DNA of 64,000 bases from Octopus sinensis (taxonomy: Eukaryota). A model generated the notes under the pieces. The model was not told where the DNA came from. It saw only the letters and a list, made by a program, of their open reading frames with translations, and made no database searches. The stretch spans positions 139,996,001-140,060,000 of the forward strand of contig NC_043000.1 in the NCBI RefSeq assembly GCF_006345805.1, given 5' to 3'. The position numbers and the translations under genes were made by a program. Positions 26,679-39,050 of this stretch are shown piece after piece. Position 1 is the first letter of the stretch, and each line of letters starts with the position of its first letter.

Positions 26679-26753
26679 TACAAGACGAGGAGAAATATCC
26701 GTCAAATGTAATAACGTAAATAATGTATGTATGTATTTATGTATGTTTGTATG

Positions 26754-26818
<65 letters not shown>

Positions 26819-26897
26819 CAAACATACATAAATACATACATACATTATTTACGTTATTTACATTTGACGGATATTTCTCCTCGTCTTGTTTGTTGTT

Positions 26898-26943
26898 AAC
26901 ACAACGTTTCAGCTGATATACCCCCCAGCCTTCATCGGGTGTC
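26898..26943 (-). ncRNA. Minimal type I hammerhead-like fold (PLE type, U4C substitution)
   Basis: GACAC-CCGATGA-A-GGCTG(loop)CAGCT-GAAAC-GTT-GTGTT. Stem I GACAC/GTGTT, loopless palindromic stem III ACGT. Confidence 0.65.
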
Positions 26944-26990
26944 TTGGGGAAATTTCGAACCTGGCTTCTCATTCCTAAGTTATTTTTCGA

Positions 26991-26992
<2 letters not shown>

Positions 26993-27054
<62 letters not shown>

Positions 27055-27067
27055 ATTATTATTATTA

Positions 27068-27110
<43 letters not shown>

Positions 27111-27124
27111 CATTATTATTATTA

Positions 27125-27167
<43 letters not shown>

Positions 27168-27239
27168 CATCATCATCATCATCATCATTATCATTATTAT
27201 TATATTATTATTTTATTATTATTATCATTATTATTATTA

Positions 27240-27282
<43 letters not shown>

Positions 27283-27304
27283 CATCATCATCATCATCAT
27301 CATC

Positions 27305-27351
<47 letters not shown>

Positions 27352-27373
27352 CATCATCATCATCATCATCATC

Positions 27374-27425
<52 letters not shown>

Positions 27426-27447
27426 TATCATCATCATCATCATCATC

Positions 27448-27479
<32 letters not shown>

Positions 27480-27495
27480 TACTATTATTATTATT
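26993..27495. repeat. (ATT)n/(CAT)n compound microsatellite
   Basis: Direct reading; it explains the poly-L, poly-I and poly-Y ORFs. Confidence 0.95.
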
Positions 27496-27547
27496 TCCTT
27501 TGCACAGCTTCTAACGCTGGAGATATATTACAGTGTCAGCTATTCAC

Positions 27548-27847
27548 AGACAGACTTTATGTACCAAGAAAAAGAAAGTGAAGAGGAATTATTGGAAGCG
27601 AATACAGCATTAGAGTAGAAGAAAACAACATAGCATGGTATGTAAAAATGCCACAAAACCGCTATTATTAGAAGTAGGAAGATCAGGCTTGTGTAGTATG
27701 GAAGACTACAAATATAAAGGAATATACAAAAAAATGAAAACCATGGAACTGAAAATAGGTGGGTAAAGAAAAGAATGCATGGACAATTTCATAGGGATAT
27801 TGAAGATACGACAGATAGAGAAGTAATGTGGCTGTGGATGATTAAAA
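27548..27847 (+). mobile_element. R4/Dong-like (RLE) LINE fragment downstream of RT
   Basis: Frameshifted translation DRLYVPRKE...EYSIRVEENNIAWYV...KRMHGQFHRDIE...WLWMIK. Confidence 0.8.
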
Positions 27848-28079
27848 GGCGGCGAGCTGGCAGAATCGTTAGCACACCGGACGAAATGCTTAGCAGTATT
27901 TTGTCTGTCGCTACGTTCTGAGTTCAAATTCCGGCGAGGTCGACTTTGCCTTTCATCTTTTCGGGGTCGATTAAATAAGTACCAGTTACGCACTAGGGTC
28001 GATATAATCGACTTAATCCGTTTGTCTGTCCTTGTTTTTCCTCTCTGTATTTAGCTCCTTGTGGGTAGTAAAGAAATAG
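27848..28079 (+). mobile_element. SINE family B
   Basis: Near-consensus full copy beginning ggcggcgagctggcagaatcgttagc. Confidence 0.92.
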
Positions 28080-28082
28080 GTA

Positions 28083-28332
28083 TTGCTAGCCCGTCCATAC
28101 ATTTGATTTTGCCTCTCTTCAAGACTAACACACCACACTTTCTCAGTCCAAACTCCATACCGATATCAGCACTGAAAGTATACATGGTATCAACGAGGGA
28201 ACTGACTTGGGCTTCATCTTTACCATAAAGTTTGAGGTCATCCATGAATAACGAATGGTTAATTTTTTGTTGCCGGCTTTTGAATACGTACCCAACTTTT
28301 GTTTTATTCAGAATCAGTGTTAGTGGTATCAA
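28083..28332 (-). mobile_element. R4/Dong-like LINE reverse transcriptase fragment
   Basis: KINHSLFMDDLKLYGKDEAQVSSLVDTMYTFSADIGMEFGLRKCGVLVLKRGK (FMDD catalytic motif). Confidence 0.92.
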
Positions 28333-28333
28333 G

Positions 28334-28390
<57 letters not shown>

Positions 28391-28394
<4 letters not shown>

Positions 28395-28434
28395 TCACTG
28401 CATGGAATCGAACTCGGAATCTTGGGGTTAGTAC
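28391..28434 (-). mobile_element. 5'-truncated tRNA-like SINE head abutting (AAT)n
   Basis: Minus tactaaccccaagattccGAGTTCGATTCCatgcagtgacctg(aat)n; B-box-like motif. Confidence 0.6.
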
Positions 28435-28522
28435 AACGGGGCTCGCCTCTTTGAGCTGTGAAATGAGTTGAATGCCTCGTATGTCACTTGTTGAGAATAA
28501 GCCTGGGTATTTAAAAGAAATT

Positions 28523-28569
<47 letters not shown>

Positions 28570-28660
28570 CATACACACGCATACATATATATATATATAT
28601 ACTTGGAAAAGGATGCGTGGCATTCGATCATATAACAATATAAATAATATATAAATATAT

Positions 28661-28946
28661 GCATATATACATACATATATGTACATACCTACATCTATAT
28701 GTATATACACATGCATATATGGGTACAGGACACCAAAAAAACGTTGAACACAATGAGAAACGAAAGCATAAAAACAAAAACATGGAAACGAACTTTTTTC
28801 AAACAACGAAAGTCAGAGTACAAAACATACAACACGAGGAATATTCCCCTTCTTCAGTTGTCCTTGTTTCGTCGACTCGGCGTTACCCATATATGCATGT
28901 AAATATACATATAGATGTAGGTATGTACATATATGTATATATATGC
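28661..28946. mobile_element. Short PLE-type repeat with 65-bp inverted terminal copy
   Basis: The core matches 47190-47427. 28661-28725 is the reverse complement of 28884-28946 with about 3 differences. Confidence 0.75.
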
Positions 28947-28953
28947 ATATATA

Positions 28954-28991
<38 letters not shown>

Positions 28992-28993
<2 letters not shown>

Positions 28994-29334
28994 GGGTAAA
29001 GACCCCCTTCGGTCATGAATGACCATGGGATTGCACCTAGAAAGTTACCCTCCTAGACACAAGTCCGGGAAAGGTTGTTTATGGAAGACCAGCAGTCGCC
29101 CATGCATACCAGCCTCCCCTCTCCACGCCACCAGTGTTATCCAAGGGAAAGACAAAGGTCGATACAGCTTGGCACCTGTGACGTCGCAACTCATTTCTAC
29201 AGCTGAGTGAACTGGAGCAACGTGAAATAAAGTGCCTTGCTCGAGAACACAACACGCAGCCCGGTCCGGGATTCGAGCTCACAACCTCACGATCGTAAGC
29301 TCGACGCTCTAACCACTGAGCCATGCGCCTTCAC
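28992..29334 (-). mobile_element. tRNA-derived SINE, family C variant
   Basis: Minus head gtgaaggcgcatggctcagtggttagagcg...tcgaatcccgg; sits between (TA)n tracts. Confidence 0.9.
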
Positions 29335-29336
29335 GA

Positions 29337-29390
<54 letters not shown>

Positions 29391-29451
29391 TAGATAGATG
29401 GATAGATGGATGGATGGATGGATGGATGGATGGATGATGGATGGATGGATG

Positions 29452-29500
<49 letters not shown>

Positions 29501-29503
<3 letters not shown>

Positions 29504-29605
29504 TCAGATCAAAATGGAGAGAATAAATTTCAGAAATCAGAGTTCGTAATCACTCAATATATTTCACAGCATCGGAATACTTCGCAGCGAACATAGGTGC
29601 ACTCA

Positions 29606-29664
<59 letters not shown>

Positions 29665-31590
29665 ATGTCTGTCTGTCTGTCTGTCTATCTGTCTGTCTGT
29701 CTGTATGTATGTATGTATGTGTGTATGTATGTATATGACATAACAATATATAAATATATATAAACATATAACTCATAAATGTACTCGCATGAGATCTTAT
29801 GAGGTAGTATATCCGTATTAGAAATCAATATTAGGCATTCCATAAGCTTAATAAAACCATTAATTATATCCACACCTTGTCCAACCATCCCCAAAGTGTC
29901 ATTACGTGGGTTGTGAAAAGGGTGTCGATAAGAATCTCAAACTTATCTGCAAATGAAATGATTTTTTATAACTTTGCACCCTTTTACAGTATAACAATAA
30001 AGAAGGATGGATTTGAGAGGAAGATATATTATATTAAGAATACACTATTTAAAAATAAAATTCAGTAAATGTTTTTAAAATCTTGCGAAATTAAATATCA
30101 ATGCCCCTTCCGTGAACAACCCTCCCGAGCATCAGGACCGCCACCATAATAGAGGACACCATAATTCATTTAATTATAATAATTATTATACTGGGCAGTT
30201 TAGGAACAATTCAGCGAGGAAACGGAAAATTATCTGGTTAACCCTACCTTTTGCCCCCCAAGGCATTAATCTCCCTAAATTATGTTTTAGAATTATTGAC
30301 AAGAATTTCCCTTTGAGCCATAAATATCATCCCATTTTTAATAGATACCGCCTTAAATTACCGTACTGAACCACGCCAAATCTAGGATCTATAATTGCGG
30401 CCAATAATAGATTAATACTTAGGAATAATGGTATCGACAGAGATGACAATATAACTGGCATCAATATGAATAATAATAAGAATACAGACATAAAAAATAT
30501 AAAAACGAAGCACGGAAATAAAACATGTAATTGCCGTAGCGGGGGTTTATCTCCCTTAAAGGGATTCTATTTAAGGAGAAATATCGTGTTAAACTTGAGG
30601 TTACAGCCTTATCTAAGTCAAAGAAGATATACACAGGAAGTACGACTGATTTTAAGACTAGGTATAGGGGGACCACATATTCACTTACTAATCAAGAAAC
30701 AAAAAGCTAAACCGCACTAGCTACCCACATTAATATATTAAAAATGCGTAATAAAGAATTCAGTCTGGATTTGTCTATTGTAACGGAAGCCACACCGTAC
30801 AATACACATACTAGAAATGGTAAATTATGCATGAAAGAATCAATCAATATACTCGGCACTGCTAAAAAATTTTACTTAATAAGATTTCGGATGTCATAAT
30901 TTTTTGTAGACAAATATTTATCAACTTTTAAACTTTTTTTATAAAAATTAGTTTATATGATTTTAATCTATTTGCTCTTTGTACATTTGAACTGATCTTA
31001 AAACACTATTATCAATAGATTCATAATCTATTTAAACATGTAAACTAAGCTTTTATTATATATCATTCGCCCGAACAAGACGTTCTTTCTTTATAGCATT
31101 CGAATTTTAAAAATTCTTAAAAAATTCTAACTTTTTAAATTAAACTTTTAAAATTAATCCTTTTGTAAATGTTCTTAAATTACCTCTGATGAGAGAAATA
31201 TAGATGATTGTTATGGTTGAAAATAACTCGCCCATCTCAATCTACATATTCTCGAAACGGCCGTAAGACTTTGTACCCACTGAAGATTCTTCTTAAAATC
31301 ATCTTATACCGTCATTTCATCTATTTGGATTACCACTTTACATTCCCCATGTGCATCTTTTAATATCCTCATTGACTTCTAATACAGATATACTACCTCA
31401 GAAGACCTCATGCAAGTGCATTTATGATTTATATGTATATATATATTTATATGTTGTTATGTCATATATATATTGTTATATAACATGAGTGCACCTATGT
31501 ATGCTGCCAAGTATTCCGATGCTATGAAATATATTGAATGATTAAGAACACTGACTTCTGAAATTTATTTTGTCCTTTTTGGTTTTATAT
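29501..31590 (+). mobile_element. 5'-truncated Penelope-like element (RT thumb, GIY-YIG, 3' pseudo-LTR) with inverted terminal arm
   Basis: FHKLNKTINYIHTLSNHPQSVI...RISNLS; RKRKIIWLTLPF...HPIFNR; CNCR; IYTGSTTDFKTRY; TALATHI...LCMKESINIL. Arm 29501-29829 is inverted relative to 31371-31590. Confidence 0.92.
31184..31267 (+). ncRNA. Type I hammerhead ribozyme motif in PLE 3' region
   Basis: CTGATGA (31186-31192), long stem II GAGAA...TTCTC, GAAA-C-GGCC-G-TA (palindromic stem III, GUA site). Stem I is only 2 bp in this copy. Confidence 0.75.
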
Positions 31591-31658
31591 TCCTGATGTT
31601 CGATTAGAACGCTAATTAGTTGTGCTGTATAAGGAGATAATTATCCTAATTTTTGTTC

Positions 31659-31699
<41 letters not shown>

Positions 31700-31846
31700 T
31701 TATTTATATATATATATGTATATATACATATATGTATATATATATGTATAAGTATCTATATCTATCTATCTATATATATATATGTGTGTGTGTGTCTTAC
31801 TCTCTATATATATATGTATACATATATATATATATATGTATATATG

Positions 31847-31935
<89 letters not shown>

Positions 31936-34900
31936 AGAGAGAGACAGGAATTTGATTAAAATGTTCCGTAAATGATCCAGGCATTTCAAATTAAGCACGG
32001 ACAGAATGGCGCCAATCCATTAACATATCACTGAATGCATTAATGAATGAATGCTCACTCTTTGATTATCCACAACTCCAATAAAATCTAAAAGTATCCA
32101 AAGGTTACCAAAACCTTAAACGCGGAATAAAAAGCAATAAAAAAACACATTTATGCGTTATCTGGTATTGATACTGTTGTTTCGTTACGAGTCTTTATTG
32201 TTATATAAGCTTGGTACAGTCAGGTATGCATCATGCTACACTCAGTTCATCAGACTTACTAAATAATCAAGCGGGGAGTTGATTAATCAGCATATCATTG
32301 CTTGTCGTCATCAACAAAGGAAATTTATAATCAGGTTTATCAATCAAGATAGGTGTATTGCAGAATGAGGTTGTAAATTAAGGAATAGTTAAAGGGTTCT
32401 TTTATTCAAAAGACGTCATGAAACTTAGCAAACTTTCTCATTAAGACCGGTACTGGTAAAACAGTTTTGTATATCAGCTGATTGCAGATGCGATGCATGA
32501 CATTCGACCCTGTCAAAACATATTTTCCAATAGATGCTGAAGTTGCCCTAAAAAAACATTTACTGTGTTATGTTGTTTCGTATATTACTGGGGAATGTAG
32601 CTAATAAATTCGAACATTACTAATTCAGTTATTCAATTCATCTTGATTAAAGTGCTCCGATTAATTATATCAAAACTAATACAATTTTAGCTTTGACTAA
32701 GGGAAATCCAGTTAATAAAGAAAATGGTTAAACGAAAAACGCATAGAATACCGAAGTTTCAGCAAAATATTAGATGAGAGGGAATGAAAAGGATAAAGCA
32801 ACAAATTTAACTAATATATAGAGGGATATAGCCGTAATCACAGTGTTATCAATGAATTTTTATATGCTTAAATAGAAATCAAATAAACAATGTGGTCGAC
32901 ATACTGACGAGAAGGCGATATTGGCGTAAGCAAATAATTGTGTCTACTAGACTAATGAAAGTAGTATAGGCAATAATCAGTGATGACAAACATACAAATT
33001 TATAAATGCGATAAAACCGTGAATCGTTCCTTTCTATTAACAATATTGTCATAAAATTATTGAGAATAAAGTAGATTAATTGAAATCATAGATTTGATAC
33101 ATAGGTTAGATCACTAATATAATAATTAGAATTACGTGGAGTATTAAGAAAATGTTTAAATTATTTGTAAGATATAAAGAATGACAAAGGCCATAAATGT
33201 TAATAATTGTTAGAAGTATTCGTAGGATTATAATAAATTATAAAGGCCAGAACTAGGGAGGATAATGCAAATATTATGGAAATACCACCTAAGGCTAGAA
33301 GCAAACTGAATAAAGTTATTAATTTGAATTATATAACATGTAAATTATATAACATTGCAGACATCGGCACATGTCATTAGAACTAAGGGTAGGCAAAAGT
33401 GGCTTAAATACGATCAATTATATGTATTAAAAGTATTAAGGTTCTCAAAAATACCAAAATATAATCCATGAATCTTAGGACAGCTGCGGGCATGTGATCC
33501 TTAATTCACCAATAACATCACCCGTGCATTTTAAAATTTCTAACAATGCAAAAGAGCAGAGAATGCAGCTGTATCTATCACTAATATATGGTTTAGCATG
33601 TCTAGCGATGCTCTACGAGGGGGAGGGGGAGAATCAGTCTTTATATCCTTTAACTCCCTGAAATTCATGGAGAGCGATGCTATTTTCGCTTTTTTTTGTC
33701 ATTCTATATGTATGAAGATAATTACGTAATCTCAGTTCAAAAATTGCAGTGATAGTTATGGTAACATCTGCAACTGTATTATTATTATTAGTAGTAGTAG
33801 TAGTAGTAGTAGTAGTGACGTTTGTAATCATTTTGGAACACTTGAGAAAATGAGAGCTATCTATATTAACATCAGTATGAATTATGGTATTATGAGTGTT
33901 GACGGAATAGCCAATGCACATAACAATTCTACAGATTATAGCTGCGTACATCATAACGGTATGAGATACGTAACCGACAAAATCCCAATACCCGACTTTA
34001 ATTACATTATTGAAATATTAATGCAATGATAATTTATTTATAACGCTGTTTATAAATGTCATATTAAAACTAATCTACATATTTTCTTTTAGATAAGTTC
34101 CACTTCTTTGATTTTTAAATCGAGACTACTTTGCCTACTCTTAGTTCTTACGGCAGGTACAATGACAATAATTTTCTATAATTCATATTTTCTATAATTT
34201 AATTAAATAACTCTATTTAATTTGCTTCTAGTTGTAGGTGATATCATTTATGTTTGTTTGATTCTCCCTAGTTCCGGCAAATTTTCTTTAATTCTCACAA
34301 GTTATTTTACCATTTTCTTAATACTTCACATAATTTTAAACTAATCTAAAAACGATCTAGCCTATCTACTGACTCTATAAAATTTGGCTTGATTTGTTTT
34401 ACTGTCAATAGCATTTAGACAATGTTGGTAAACACAAACGTTAGGATTCGGGACTTCGTCTTTTTTTATCGGGAATATCGGTTCTATTTTTTCCATCTCT
34501 ATTATTTCTAGTATTTCAACTCGTAACTTCATTACGGTTAAAGAACTGATTTTTCTAAAATCCAATTCTTGACTATCATAAATTTATATCTTTATGTCAT
34601 TACTGATTATTGCCTAAACTGCTTTCATTAAGCTAGATGACACATTCATTTGTTTATGCCAATATCTTCTTTCCGTCAATGAGTCGACAACATTGTTTAT
34701 TTGATTTATCTTATTCTGTTTCTTTCTAAGCATTTAAAAGTTATCATTGTTGGCACTGTGATTATGGCTATTTCTATATATTGATTATATTCTTTTCCTT
34801 TTCCTTTCTTTCAATTTTTCCCCATCCTCTCCTCTGACATTTTATCGTTATCCTATGGAGTTTTTCTTAAGTTATTTCTTGTAATCAAAATTAGCTGGAT

Positions 34901-35538
34901 CCCGCTTAACTAAAACAAAAATTGCGTTAGTTCTGCAATAATAAATCGGAGAACTTTAATTATTTTGAATTACTAGAATGAATAAGTAACGCTGGAATTT
35001 ATTAACTATATACCTCCATAATGCACTAAAAAATAAAACACAGTAAATGTTATTCTTAGAATTAAGCCAGCATTTGTTCTATAATATGTTTTGATAGGGC
35101 CAAATGTCATGCTTCGTACCTGTTATCAGCAACAAGAATATAAAACTGTTTTGCTAGTACTAGCCTCTATAAGAGAGTTTGATAAGTTTAATGACATCTT
35201 TTGAATAGAAATGCTCTTTTACTATTCTTTAATTTACAACATCATTTTGCAACCCACCAATTTTGACAAATTGTAGACCCGGTCACTTTACAGTTCTCTA
35301 ATATTGATAAATCTGATTATAAATTTTCGTTCCTGATGATGACGAGCAGTGACATGTTGATTAATCAACTGCTCACTAATTTATTTGGTAAGCCTGGTGA
35401 GTTGAGAGTAACATAACGTAATACATAATTGTGAGTCGTGCATACTACCTAAATGTACCATGTTTACGTAACAGTAAAGAACTCGTAAGAAAACAACTGT
35501 AGCAGTACTAGTAAACCCATTCGTTTGTTTTTCTTTTT

Positions 35539-35577
<39 letters not shown>

Positions 35578-35592
35578 CCCACTCTCTCTTTC

Positions 35593-35642
<50 letters not shown>

Positions 35643-35833
35643 AAGAGAGGGAGTAGATAGATAGATGGATATACTTATATATGTATATATATATACATAC
35701 AAACATAAATAAGTATACACATATATACATAAATACGTACATACATATATATATATATGTATATATATGTGTATATGTATATATATATATATATATGTAT
35801 ATGTATGTATATATATATGTGTGTATATGTATG

Positions 35834-35865
<32 letters not shown>

Positions 35866-36245
35866 CAAGCAGGAGTGGCTCAGTGGTAAGAAGTTTGCTT
35901 CCCAATCTCATGATTCTGGGTTTACTCCTATTGTGTGGCACCTTCGGTATATGTCTTTTACCATAGTCTCGGACTGACCAAATTTGTGAGTGGATTTGGT
36001 TAATAGAAACTGAAAGAAGTCCGTTGTATATATAGATTTCCGTTTGCGTTTGTCTCCCCATTGCCGCTTAACAACCGATGTTGGTGTGTTTAACTCGCCG
36101 CACATTAGCGGTTCAGAAAAAGTGACCGGTAGAACTAGTACGAGGCTTAACAAAATAAGTCCTGGTCTCGATTTTGATCGACTAAAATCCTTTAAGGCGG
36201 TGTTCCAGCATGGCCACAGTCGAATGACTGAAAGAAGTAAAAGAA
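35866..36245 (+). mobile_element. SINE family A (diverged)
   Basis: gcaggagtggctcagtggtaag...ccagcatggccacagtcgaatgactgaaagaagtaaaag. Confidence 0.85.
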
Positions 36246-36530
36246 TATATATGTACACACACACACAAGCACACAGACGCAGACACACACATTTGAATAT
36301 GAATTAGAAGCAGTTCTAGATATAAGATTCTCTGATGTGGCATCGTATGTTGAAACAGACGTTGTTACATATGCTTACTCCCAAACAGATAAACAAATAA
36401 CAAAATAAGAACCGTTTTAAAACCTAACTTCCTTGTTACAGGTAAATACTTTTATGAATTTTTAGGTTACAATATGTCCCAAAAATGTTTCAAATCTTGG
36501 CATATAAAAGTTTACTTATCTCACACACTG

Positions 36531-36833
36531 TGAAGGCGCGTGGCCTAGTGGTTAGGGCATTCGGTTCACGATCGTAAGGTCGTGAGTTCAATTCCCGACG
36601 ACACGTTGTGTCCTTCAGCAAGACACTTTATTTCACGTTGTTCCAGTCCACTCAGCTGGCAAAAGTAAGTAGTACTTGTATTTCAAGAGGGCCAGCCTTG
36701 TCACATTCTATGTCACGCCGAATTTCACTGTGGAATACTCAGCCACTTGTACATTAATTTCACGAGCAAGCTCTTCCGTTGATCTTATCAGCTGGGACCC
36801 TCGTCGTCGAAAGCGACAGAGTGTTCCTTGATA
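36531..36833 (+). mobile_element. tRNA-derived SINE, family C variant, 10-bp TSD
   Basis: A box TGGCCTAGTGG, B-box-like GAGTTCAATTCC. TCACACACTG at 36521-36530 and 36834-36843. Confidence 0.9.
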
Positions 36834-37714
36834 TCACACACTGACCCACACACATGCGCACAAACAAACAACAGTCAACAACTATTTAAAAGGTTGTTAG
36901 ACTCAACAAAAATTTTAGAAAAATAAATAAGTAAATGAGTGGAAATTTCACCGGTGAGTGTGTTGATTTATTAGGTAGTAAAAGCGAATGACTCTCCCCA
37001 GACACAACAGAATATGCTTCAACACACGAACTCACATAAAGAATCTTGCAAACCAAATCCCAAAACGAAATATCTTTTCAAATTTTCTCCCTAATCCCAA
37101 AAGATGATAACTGAATATGTGTTGATATGAAACTTTTCAGTTTCTTTTGCATTTTTTTTTTTTGTGCTCATTAAAATTTTATGTTTCAGATTTTAAAAAC
37201 CATTTTACCTGCTTGTTTACCTGCTGAGAAATATACTTAGAGTACAGGAGACCTTAGGCACCCTCCCTAAGAGCTGTATTTTTTAAATAGCAAAGTAGAT
37301 TTTAGAATTCCTTCAGTAATAATTATAAATTCGAAACATGTCATCAGCATCAAATTCAATTATGCACTTCTTGCAATCCTTAAGAGCTTCTTCACGAAAT
37401 TTTCTTTTATAATAAAACATACACGAAAGAAAAAGGGAATATAATTTTGTTGCAGCTTTTTGATATCTTCTAACGAAAGTGCTGTCATGGCTAAGACACC
37501 TTAGTATTGGCCTTATTAAATTGTTTAAATTGGATCTTGTAGTGCTTCTTCATAAATCTCCAACTGAAGCTGCTGTTCATTAATTGCAATTAATGATGAC
37601 ATTTCTGAATCCTGTAGAGAATTGAAACTCACATGAATTACTTGAAAAGAATAACGATTATGAATTATTTAGAAACGAAGGCTATGATTCTTTAAGAAAA
37701 CGTAAAAATGAACC

Positions 37715-37935
37715 TATTTCTGTATTACCCACAAGGGGCTAAACATAGAGGGGACAAACAAGGACAGACATAGGTATTAAGTCGATTACATCGACCCCAG
37801 TGCGTAACTGGTACTTAATTTATCGGCCCCGGAAGGATGAAAGGCAAAGTCGACCTCGGCGGAATTTGAACTCAGAACGTAACGGCAGACGAAATACCGC
37901 TAAGCATTTCGCCCGGCGTGCTAACGTTTCTGCCA
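37715..37935 (-). mobile_element. SINE family B
   Basis: Near-consensus copy. Confidence 0.92.
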
Positions 37936-38049
37936 TGTGGTGGTTTTTTAAATCTTCCATATATCACACATAAAACAAAATGAATTTTTTTACACTTCAA
38001 CCACAATTAAATTGTTAAAAAAGAAAAGAAAAGAGAATTCTAAAAGAAT

Positions 38050-39050
38050 AACGAATTCACAATTGTTGAAACCGATAAATGCAGAGCAGTTACATGTATA
38101 GATACTGAATAGCTTTAAAATGTTGTTTTATTTATGCTAAAACCAATAAAAAGGTTGTTCGGTAAGTGATTTAAATATGAAATATAATGATATGATTAGT
38201 AAAAACTCGCAAAGGCAACAGAACATACGAAGCAAAAGAACATCTGAAAAAAGTCACAAGTATATGTATTAACATTCCATCACAGAATGGCTTAAGTTTA
38301 AAGCTAATAATAATAGTTGTTCCAACAAGGAAAATTAATTTCTTGAGTTATGTTTTAGACATCTTAAATAAACTATTCCTTAGGCACATGAAACCATCTA
38401 GATATACTGAATCACTTTCCGAAAAGGGTCAATGATAAATCATTTGCTACATCTTTAGGTGTAAGGATCTTTATAGAAATATACCTCCTGACCATTGAAT
38501 AGACGCTATAAAATTCTGGTTGAAGACATTTGAGAATTATATTCCAGAACACTTTGAAAATTAATTAGCTTAAAATTCAAAATGAATTCTTCATATACTT
38601 TATCGACAAATATTTGTAACTGCAATAGGAAGTTCAGAAGTCTCACCCTTTGTAAATTCAGTTATGGAATATATGGACATTAAAAATAATTCAGAGTCGC
38701 TTTATAAATACAAAAACTTACTATTAATATATAAAAGAGGACCTAAAATGATTACTAGATGACTGCTCTATGGAGTGGAATGATACCCTGAAGAAATTAC
38801 AAGAACTTGAAAATATTACTTGAGGAAAAGGATAATATAAATAATGGGATGCGTTCCAAATAAAACTTCTTTATAGATATTGTAATAATAAAACATTCAT
38901 AGAAAAGTTCAGTCACGAACAATATCCATCATTTACTATGTCACCCGAAGCACACCAGAACAAATGTTACTTTTAATTTATCCTGAAGGTTGTACTTGAT
39001 TGTGTCCAATAAAGCACTCTTGATATGTATTTTAAGAACTTGAAGGTTCA
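38050..39050 (+). mobile_element. Heavily decayed Penelope-like reverse transcriptase (not in ORF track)
   Basis: Successive frames give TIVETDKCRAV, LDILNHFPKRVN, KDLYRNIPPDH*IDAIKFWL, YRQIFVTAIGSSEVSPFVNSVMEYMD, LLDDC, CHPKHTRTNVTFNLS*RL. This is the PLE RT motif order (ADKG, DV.SLYTNIP, Y.QI.GTAMG, YLDD, HP.H). Confidence 0.82.

Noticed and set aside
28836-28875. Minus-strand GAAAC and CTGAAGA-GGGGAATATTCCTC
   Set aside because: The halves are in the wrong order and only about 8 nt apart, so they cannot form a type I, II or III hammerhead.
29800-29809. TGAGGTAGTA, identical to the 5' end of let-7
   Set aside because: The match stops after 10 nt, there is no precursor hairpin, and it lies inside the PLE inverted arm.
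35333-35375. CTGATGA followed by a GAGCAG/CTGCTC hairpin
   Set aside because: No GAAA or stem III after the hairpin, so not a hammerhead.
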